From the NCBI GenBank assembly GCA_002269645.1, contig NIVC01001846.1, positions 1-64,000 of the forward strand: a stretch of DNA of 64,000 nucleotides, in the 5' to 3' direction. Positions 51,547 through 61,400 of this stretch are shown here, one piece after another (within the stretch, counting starts at the first letter, position 1; each line of letters begins with the position of its first letter). The notes beneath the pieces were generated by a model that was given only the letters and a program-made list of their open reading frames with translations, ran no database searches and was not told where the DNA came from. Both the position numbers and the translations under genes were made by a program. Source of the DNA: Macrostomum lignano (Eukaryota).

Positions 51547-51594
51547 GGCTGGAGAATAAAAAAAGTGCTGGAGTCACTGGGTGCTTAGGGATAC

Positions 51595-52743
51595 ACCCCT
51601 GAGTTTAATACCGACACTCCGAGTTTGATACCGACACGCCTGAGTTTGATACCGATAACCCCTGAGTTTGATACCGACACCCCTGAGTTTGATACCGACA
51701 TCCCTGAGTTTGATACCGACACTCCGAGTTTGATACCGACACGCCTGAGTTTGATACCGACATCCCTGAGTTTGATACCGACACACCTGAGTTTGATACC
51801 GACACACCTGAGTTTGATACCGACACTCCTGAGTTTGATACCGACACCCAAGAGTTTGATACCGACACACCTGAGTTTGATACCGACATCCCTGAGTTTG
51901 ATACCGACACACCTGAGTTTGATACCGATAACCCCTGAGTTTGATACCGACACCCCTGAGTTTGATACCGACATCCCTGAGTTTGATACCGACACTCCGA
52001 GTTTGATACCGACACCCCTGAGTTTGATACCGACACACCTGAGTTTGATACCGACACACCTGAGTTTGATACCGACACACCTGAGTTTGATACCGACACT
52101 CCTGAGTTTGATACCGACACCCAAGAGTTTGATACCGACACACCTGAGTTTGATACCGACATCCCTGAGTTTGATACCGACATCCCTGAGTTTGATACCG
52201 ACACACCTGAGTTTGATACCGACACACCTGAGTTTGATACCGACATCCCTGAGTTTGATACCGACACACCTGAGTTTGATACCGACACTCCGAGTTTGAT
52301 ACCGACACGCCTGAGTTTGATACCGACATCCCTGAGTTTGATACCGACACACCTGAGTTTGATACCGACACACCTGAGTTTGATACCGACACTCCGAGTT
52401 TGATACCGACACGCCTGAGTTTGATACCGACATCCCTGAGTTTGATACCGACACACCTGAGTTTGATACCGACACACCTGAGTTTGATACCGACACTCCG
52501 AGTTTGATACCGACACGCCTGAGTTTGATACCGACATCCCTGAGTTTGATACCGACACACCTGAGTTTGATACCGACACCCCTGAGTTTGATACCGACAC
52601 ACCTGAGTTTGATACCGACACCCCTGAGTTTGATACCGACACACCTGAGTTTGATACCGACACCCCTGAGTTTGATGCCGACACCCCTGAGTTTGATACC
52701 GACACCTCTGAGTTTGATACCGACACCCCTGAGTTTGATACTG
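51595..52743. repeat. 21/20-bp minisatellite (CTGAGTTTGATACCGACACAC), ~55 copies
   Basis: Direct reading; 7-aa periodic ORFs in several frames. Confidence 0.97.
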
Positions 52744-53280
52744 ATAAACAATATAGCAATAACTTACGAATTGAACCTTGCAGGTTAATTGTCCTTTAAA
52801 ATAATGCTGAAGCAACAAGGCTTATTAGATTTATCTCTTGCAAATAGCTTTCTTCGTAACAATAAAAACAAGCAAGTTTACTTTTTAAAAACTGAGATGA
52901 GGTCTGTAGCTAAAAATGACATTGCCTCTCATCCATCGCCGAAAACGATACAGTACACTTTTTACACTATACTTTTTATGGTGTACAATTTTTGGAATAG
53001 AGCTGAGACTCAAGCTATAGCACTGTACTCAGTGGGTGAAGCTATTATATCTTCATTCCATTGTACAATATTTGCTAATACACACACAGGTACAGAGCTA
53101 TAGAAATTATTCAATTTCATTCAAACTCGGCAAGCTTAAACTATGCATTTTTTCGAGATAAAAAACTTGTGTCGAATTTTACTACTTAGAGTAACAATAT
53201 CGAAAATTATTGTTGGTATAATTTCAATCAATAAGCTAGAGAACGTTTAAAAGCTAAAAGATCAGAGTTTTATGCACAGA

Positions 53281-53580
53281 GGTTAGAGAGGAGGGTTAGA
53301 GAGGAGGGTTAGAGAGGAGGGTTAGAGAAGAGGGTTAGAGAGGAGGGTTAGAGAGGAGAGTTTAGAGAGGAGGGTTAGAGAGGAGGGTTAGAGAGGAGGG
53401 TTAGAGAGGAGGGTTAGAGAGGAGAGTTTAGAGAGGAGGGTTAGAGAGGAGGGTTAGAGAGGAGGAGTTAGAGAGGAAAATTAGCGAGGAGGTTAGAGAG
53501 GAGGGGTTCGAGAGGAGGGGTTCGAGAGGAGGGGTTAGAGAGGAGGGGTTAGGAAGGAGGGGTTAGAGAGGATAGTTTAG
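53281..53580. repeat. 14/15-bp purine-rich minisatellite (GAGGGTTAGAGAGG), ~20 copies
   Basis: Direct reading. Confidence 0.95.
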
Positions 53581-54242
53581 CTTGTACGGAAGCGAAGCTA
53601 ATGAAAGATGTACTTTGTGAAGAGAAATGGAGAGAGTGGAAATCGAGTATCCGATATCAAGTGTGACATTTCGTAGAAGACTGGGTCAGACTGTTAGTCA
53701 GTCAGTTAGACAATTAGTCAAGCCAATCTGTCTTTGCAGACTCAAAGACTCTCCGGACAAGAAAACAGCAGACACATGCGAGCACATCTGTGGTCAAGCC
53801 TGACAGTTTCTTCTCAAAGATCAAAATAGATTTCAACGATTGACCATGCTCGAACTCAATAGACTCTATACAGATTTAGGCTATGTATGATGGTGCAAAC
53901 ACTTCATTTCCCCCATGTTCTGCGTGCAGTCTCCCTCCATCTCCCTCCATCTGTTGAGTTCAAAGTTGAACAGTCTGCCCGCTTTATCTGACAGGTAAAT
54001 CAGGGATGGGATCTCTGAAAATTGCACTTCGCGCAACCCCTGAAGATCTGAGATAGGGAAACTGCGACTGAGATGGAGCTACATAGCGGTGAGTTTGAGC
54101 CCGATGGATTGCATCATTTTCCGCTCTTTTATCGATTGCGTTACGCCAAATGTTTGCGGACACAGCAGTTGCTTAATGGAGTCTAGAAAGTTTAAAACTA
54201 CGAGCTAAATTCTCTTGCACCGCAGTCCGAATTCTTCAATTT

Positions 54243-55048
54243 TTCAATGGCGCAAAAACTCAATGGCGCCAAAACCAAAACTGTTTAAATGGCGCCAAAA
54301 CCAAAAATGTTTTAATGGCGCCAAAAATGTTTCAATGGCGCCAAAACTGTTTCAATTGCGCCAAAACCAAAAATGTTTTAATGGCGCCAAAAATGTTTCA
54401 ATGGCGCCAAAACTGTTTCAATGGCGCCAAAACTGTTTAAATGGCGCCAAAACCAAAACTGTTTCAATGGCGCCAAAACTGTTTCAATGGCGCCAAAACT
54501 GTTTTAATGGCGCCAAAAATGTTTCAATGGCGCCAAAATTGTTTCAATTGCGCCAAAACCAAAAATGTTTTAATGGCGCCAAAAATGTTTCAATGGCGCC
54601 AAAACTGTTTCAATGGCGCCAAAACTGTTTAAATGGCGCCAAAACCAAAACTGTTTCAATGGCGCCAAAACTGTTTCAATGGCGCCAAAACTGTTTTAAT
54701 GGCGCCAAAAAAAACTGTTTCAATGGCGCCAAAACTGTTTAAATGGCGCCAAAACAAAAACTGTTTCAATGGCGCCAAAACTGTTTCAATGGCGCCAAAA
54801 CTGTTTAAATAGCGCCAAAACTGTTTCAATGGCGCCAAAACAAAAACTGTTTCAATGGGGCCAAAACTGTTTCAATGGCGCCAAAGCCGAAACTGTTTCA
54901 ATGGCGCCAAAACTGTTTCAATGGCGCCAAAACTGTTTAAATGGCGCCAAAACAAAAACTGTTTCAATCGCGCCAAAACCAAAAATGTTTCAATGGCGCC
55001 AAAACCGTTTAAATGGCGCCAAATCAAAAATGTTTTAATGGCGCCAAT
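54243..55048. repeat. 20/30-bp minisatellite with palindromic TGGCGCCA core (CAATGGCGCCAAAACTGTTT), ~35 cores
   Basis: Direct reading. Confidence 0.95.
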
Positions 55049-55904
55049 CCAAAAAACGGTTAACCTGTTTTAGAGTGACAGATAACTCCTCTGGGAAGAC
55101 AGCAGTTGCCAGGAGCACTGTAAATCACCCCGTCTCGTTGTAGGAAATCCACTCCCACTTTCTTTGCCTTCATTTCTTAGAATAGCCAGTAGCCCAGGTA
55201 CATCATGTACGTGATTTCTCGCAGACAGACAAAGTTGACAAACTTCCCTTTATTGAAGCACCAGCCAGGCAACAAAACTTTAACAAAAGATTCCATGTTT
55301 TCTTTTCGTTTCTTTAATATCTTCTTTATTGAGGTTGACGTGATGAAAAAATTTTTAAAGCGAAATTGCGTCTGGCGATGGCGACCCTCAACTTCACCTT
55401 TAGGTATATGCGGGCCCGGGAGGCTGAGACCTATTGGCTATTGATTTGAATATGTTCAAACAGACACAGCGTGAATCAGAGGCAGTGGCAATTGTCTGTG
55501 GGAGATTTCAGATGGCGATTGGGGGAAAGTGATTTTTCCCCATCCCTGTCAGTCTCCGTTCGCCCTGAGTTGCAACCCTGCAGGTTCTCAAAATTATATT
55601 TTCATTTTATATAACAATGGCCCACAGCAACACAAAGTGTGGGATGCCGGACCGAATTCCATTTTTTACATCATTTTTTTCTTCTTTGATACTATTTTGT
55701 TCCTAGACTTGCTATTACTGTTGTTGTTGCAGACATTGCTTGTGGACAACATAATTTTGATTTTTCAATAACTCTGAGACACCTTACAGTTATAGGTGTT
55801 GAATTTTTCGCACGTTTTTTTTCTATAAATAAACGAGTTGGTTTGTTCAATATACGACCTTAGGAACCTTTGATTTATTTGGTATCTGTTTTGATAGACA
55901 GAAT

Positions 55905-56716
55905 CCTAGATTCGGTGGATAGATTAATAGATTCTGTAGACAAATTGATAAATTCGGTAGACAGTTTGATAGATTCGGTAGACAGTTGATAGATTCGGTA
56001 GACAGATTGATAGATTCGGTAGACAGTTGGATAGATTCGGTAGACAGTTTGATAGATTCGGTAGGCAGTTGGATAGATTCGGTAGACAGTTGATAGATTC
56101 GGTAGACAGTTGTATAGATTCGGTAGACAGTTGGATAGATTCGGTAGACAGTTGGATAGATTCGGTAGACAGTTGTATAGATTCAGTAGACAAATTGATA
56201 GATTCGGTAGACAGATTAATAGATTCGGTAGACAGTTTGATAGATTCGGTAGACAGATTAATAGATTCGGTAGACAGTTTGATAGATTCGGTAGACAAAT
56301 TGATAGATTCGGTAGACAGTTTGATAGATTCGGTAGACAGATTGATAGATTCGGTAGACAGTTGTATAGATTCGGTAGACAGTTAGGTAGATTCGGTAGA
56401 CAGTTAGGTAGATTCGGTAGACAAATTGATAGATTCGGTAGACAGTTGGATAGATTCGGTACACAGTTAGGTAGATTCTGTAGACAGTTTGATAGATTCG
56501 GTAGACAGATTAATAGATTCGGTAGACAGATTGATAGATTCGGTAGACAGATTGATAGATTCGGTAGACAGTTGTATAGATTCGGTAGACAGTTGTATGG
56601 ATTCGGTAGACAGTTGTATAGATTCGGTAGACAGTTGTATGGATTCGGTAGACAGTTGTATAGATTCGGTAGACAGTTGTATAGATTCGGTAGACAGTTG
56701 TATAGATTCGGTAGAT
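55905..56716. repeat. 21-bp minisatellite (GATAGATTCGGTAGACAGTTT), ~38 copies
   Basis: Direct reading. Confidence 0.97.
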
Positions 56717-57464
56717 AGACTAACAGATCATGTATATATACGCAAAAATACAAAAATATTATAAATAAGTGCATGAGGGCAGGACTCAATGTTTATCTGA
56801 CTGTATAGAAAGCATTTTATGATGCTGAGACAATTTATTCTCTGACTAATAAATTATACTTAATTTTCGATCGATCGTTTTGGAGCATGGTGTAGAAAAT
56901 TAGCTTCACAAATGGTCCACCCTGGCAACGAAAGGCTGCATTTTAAAAAGTCATCACCAAACCTTAACAGGTGTGCTGCTGTATTGATGAGGCCTTTAAT
57001 AACCGTTGCATCCCCTGACCGGCAATTATAAACAACAGGTCAAATTCTGATAGATTCAATTTGCTCGAATCGCTTCTCTATACCTAAGGCGGTTGCCACG
57101 CGGGTCAAAGATTGAAATAATTAGCAATTAAAGGGGTTTAATTAACCCTCTTCTTATATAACCTTACTAGCCAATCTTCAATATATTTGTGTATATTATA
57201 ACACTACACAAACTGAAATACTGATAATTCCATGCATTTAACCAACCATGTCTCGTGTGACAGACCTACTGAGGAGGCTGGGACGACTTGATGACGGAAA
57301 GGAGCCCAGGATGGAGGAACCGACGGACCTGCGCGTGCTTAACAAGCGACACCTGCATAATGTGGGGTCCAACCAATACCTGCGCAGCAGGGAGCCTGCT
57401 TTGAGAATCTTATTGATATCTCAGTTCGATTCTAAGTTGGATTCTTTGAAAAAAGAATCTCACA

Positions 57465-57895
57465 CCTGAGATTTGGACTCTTTTGTTCATCTCAAACCTG
57501 AGATTTTAAATATTTTATTATCTCACACCTGAGATTTGGACTACTTTGATCATCTCACACCTCAGATTTGGACTATTTTGATAATCTCACACACACCTGA
57601 GATTTGGAATCTTTTGATATCTCACACCTGAGATTGGACTATTTTGAGAATCTCACACCTGAGATAAGGAATCTTATGATAATCTCACACCTGAGATTGG
57701 GACTTTTTGATAATCTCACACCTGTGATTTGGACTATTTTGATAATCTCACACCTGAGATTTGGACTATTTTGATAATCTGACACCTGAGATTTTCAATC
57801 TTTTGATAATCTCAAAACCGAGATTTGGACTCTTTTGATAATCTCGACCTGAGATTGGACTCTTTTTTGATAATCTCACACCTGAGATTTGAAAT
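57465..57895. repeat. ~32-bp degenerate minisatellite (TCTCACACCTGAGATTTGGACTATTTTGATAA), ~13 copies
   Basis: Direct reading. Confidence 0.9.
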
Positions 57896-58487
57896 CTTAC
57901 GAATCAGAATCTCATCCTTCGACAATCTGAATGTAAATCCCGCACTGGTTAACTCTGCTCGGCTCACACGTACTGTACGAGAGTGCACTGCCCAACAGAA
58001 TGCACATTCCTATTCAGTACAGCACTGTACTCAAAATCCTTCTACTGCTTGCCTGCTAGCGGGCGTGTTTCTCACGTATCCCCTGGCAACCAGCAGGCGG
58101 GCTGCAGGCAAAAGAGGAGAGAAGAGAGAAGAGAGAAGGCAACCGCGGGTCATGAGTACAGGTGAGAGCGGGCTCGATTGTCATTGGTTGAGCCGTTAGC
58201 CCAATTACAAGGCGAGGCGGGGTTGTTTGAGATCTGGGAGGGCTCACCGCACCACCCCACCTCCACCCCGAAACCTTCAAAGCCAGGGCCAAACGACTCT
58301 TCTGGCTTAAGTCCCTCATCTATCTAATACCCAACACTCCCTCTTGAGCGACGAAAGAAGCAGAAGAGAAACTGCAAAATCAAATGCATCAGTGCATCGT
58401 TTAGCAAGCAATTTACATTTAATAATTCTCATAATTCCCCTTCTTTTATTTTGACCCCGCCCGATCCAATTATACGTCAGAGTTGAA

Positions 58488-61400
58488 ATGTCCGACTGTG
58501 GAGAAAAGTCTGAGTTCAACTGCGACCAGCTCGGACTGGCTGCCGAGGACTACGAATTCGGTAGTCACCTTGGCGATGGCGGTTTCGGTAGAGTCTACCA
58601 GGCCACCTGCAAGCGGACTGGCAAGCCTGTGGCGATCAAAGTGGTGAGAACTTTTTTAGTTTATACTTTTTCATTTGGAGAGAGTCAGACTGGTCAGACG
58701 GAGAGTCAGACTGGTCAGACGGAGAGTCAGAATGGTCAGACGGAGAGTCATATTGGTCAGGCGGAGAGTCATATTGGTCAGACGGAGAGTCATATTGGTC
58801 AGACGGAGAGTCAGACTGGTCAGACGCAGAGAGTCAGACTGGACAGATAGAGAGTTAGACTAGTCAGACGGAGAGTCAAACTGGTCAGACGGAGAGAGAG
58901 TCCGACTGGTCAATCAGAGAGAGTCAGACTAGTAACGGGAAGAGAATCACATTAGTCAGACGGAGAGTTAGATTGGTCAGAGAGATTAGTGAGGCAGGAT
59001 TACACACTGGAAATATCATGTAGGCGGAGCCCAATCAACTCCTATATGGTAGTGCAGGGAAACAACCGGACCCCGCCCCTGCATCCCCAACCTCCCTGTC
59101 CTACTCTTATCAAGATGGTAACCACCCAGAGATCCTGTCACAGCCTTGAGCATCGCGGAGACTCCGCAGTATTGGTGCAGGCTGGGAGGCCGATTCTGCG
59201 GTATATCCCTAACCCACACTGTAATCTCCCGACCCATCTAATCACCTGGCACCCGCAAGGATGGGACTAGTGACAGACTCACTGACTGACCACAGAAAGC
59301 TTCATAAATCTATATACGGGATTCTTCAAATTCCAAAAATCGAATCCTAAAATAGAAATTTGTTTTAAGTTGAGCAAACAATTGAAAATTTGACTGGAAT
59401 TTTAAACTTTTAGAGACCGTCGATCAAGGTTTGACACTGAGACAACAAAGTGTGACATGCATAAACTAACAAATTATATCTATTGAAAATTTTCATGCCT
59501 ATAATTTGAAAGTTGAAAGAGTTAGGTATAGAATAAACATATATTAGTGTGCATGGTGCGACTCTATAGCATTGACAATATATGAAAGTTACGAGTGACA
59601 AAACAGACGTGAGAACGCTGACCACTGGGCGATTATTAAAAAGTCAACATTTACGAGGGATACTCTAAAAGTTTTGCAATTCAACTATTTAAAGTTAATT
59701 TTGCCAAACTTTTCTATTACAATCCTTCAAAGTAGGCTCCCCGGAACTGCAAACACTTGTGCGCTCGTCCGAGCCACTTGTTCATCAAGCCCTGGAAGTC
59801 TTCAATTGGGATGCCGTCAATCGCCTCCTTCGCCGCCTGCTCCAGCTCCTCGTCGGACTGAAACCTGTGCCCCCTAAGCGACTTTTTGATTTCTGGAAAG
59901 AGCCAGAAGTCGCAGGGGGCGAGGTCTGGTGAGTAGGGCGGGTGTGGTAGTGTTGAAATGCCCTCTTGGTCCAGGAACGCTCGAGTTGCAGCAGCCGTGT
60001 GGGCGGGGGCGTTGTCATGGTGAAGTTTCTGCCCTCGCATTCCCGTCCTTGGCGCCCTCTGGGTCACGCTGTCGATCACGACTGGCAAGCACTCTTCAGT
60101 GTACCATCGAGCAGTGACTGTAGCTTGACCCTCCAGCTTCACCATCGCCACCACGCCTTGTGAGTCGAAGAAGATGGCAAACATCCGCTTGCCCTGGGAC
60201 CGGGACCGCCTTGCTTTCAGGGGTCGTTGACCACCTTTCGGCACCCACTCTGCACTGCTGCGCTTTGTCTCGACGTCAAAATGATAGAGAAACGTCTCAT
60301 CACCAGTGATGACCTCAGAGCGGCGCTGATGGCTCCCGTGCTCATATCGATCGATGAGAAACTGACAGAACTCCCTGCGGGCCTGTTTCTGAGCATCTGT
60401 CAGGATGTGGGGTATCCATCGGGCACAAAGCTTCCTGACTCTCAGGTGATCGTGTAGAATCGTATCGACCGCTGCCGATCCAATGCCGACATTCATAGCT
60501 AGCATGTCCGTGGTGATTCGCGGATCCTGATGAATCGGCTCCTGCACTGCAGCGATGTTTTCCTCCGTCGCTGCTGTCGGAGGTCTCCCGGGCCGGGGGT
60601 CGTCAGAAAAGCTGGTCCTGCCGGCCTGGAACTCGCGGTACCAGCGTGTAACCGTAGCATATGACGGCGCTTGAGCCTCCAATGTTGCTAGTAGCTCGGC
60701 ATGAGTCTCAAGCGCCGTGAGCTTTCGCTTGTGGCAGTACCAAATTAGTAGCCGATTCTGCTCACGATTCAATTCCATGGCTGCAGCTGTACAGTTAAGG
60801 AGTCTCTGACTTTGACTGGGGGCTGAGCAGGCGTATATGTATGAATTCACTTGAAAATTGAGGTGGGGACTATGTACATGTTTATTGTACAGAGAGTTGG
60901 TTTTGAAGATTGTGCGACTTGCGCAAGTGGTTGAATTGCAAAACTTTTGGAGTATCCCTCGTAGATTCAACAAAAGTTGAATTGGATTTCCAATTCTGTC
61001 TCGCAATAACCTACAATGCCACGTCTCCTATTCACAACAATCCCGCATTGTACAGTTGGACAAACGGAAGGTCCACCAACGCAATATGACGAGCCGCGTG
61101 ATCAGCGAGATCAGCATTCACCAACGGCTCAGGCATCAGTTTGTGCTGCAGGTGAGCAAAATTTGAACTCAAACTAATCTAACACTGCTGGAACTCGGTG
61201 CTTTGTGCCAGATTTCAATAGAACTACGAGTATAGCACAGGCAGGAAAGATACTGCGCATGAATAGCCCAGTGCGCTCTTGCTTAGTCAGTCAGACAGAC
61301 AGACAGCAGTAGCAGGAGATGAGGTGGACGGGTGAGGCAGAGAGAGAGAGCCAGCCTGCTTGCAGGTGAGTAGACAGAGAGAGGCACACTGTACAGCAAG

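Noticed and set aside
60779-61006. 76-aa N-terminal extension of the mariner ORF in the ORF track
   Set aside because: Starts outside the TIR in PLK4 intron DNA; transposase homology begins at MELNREQ.
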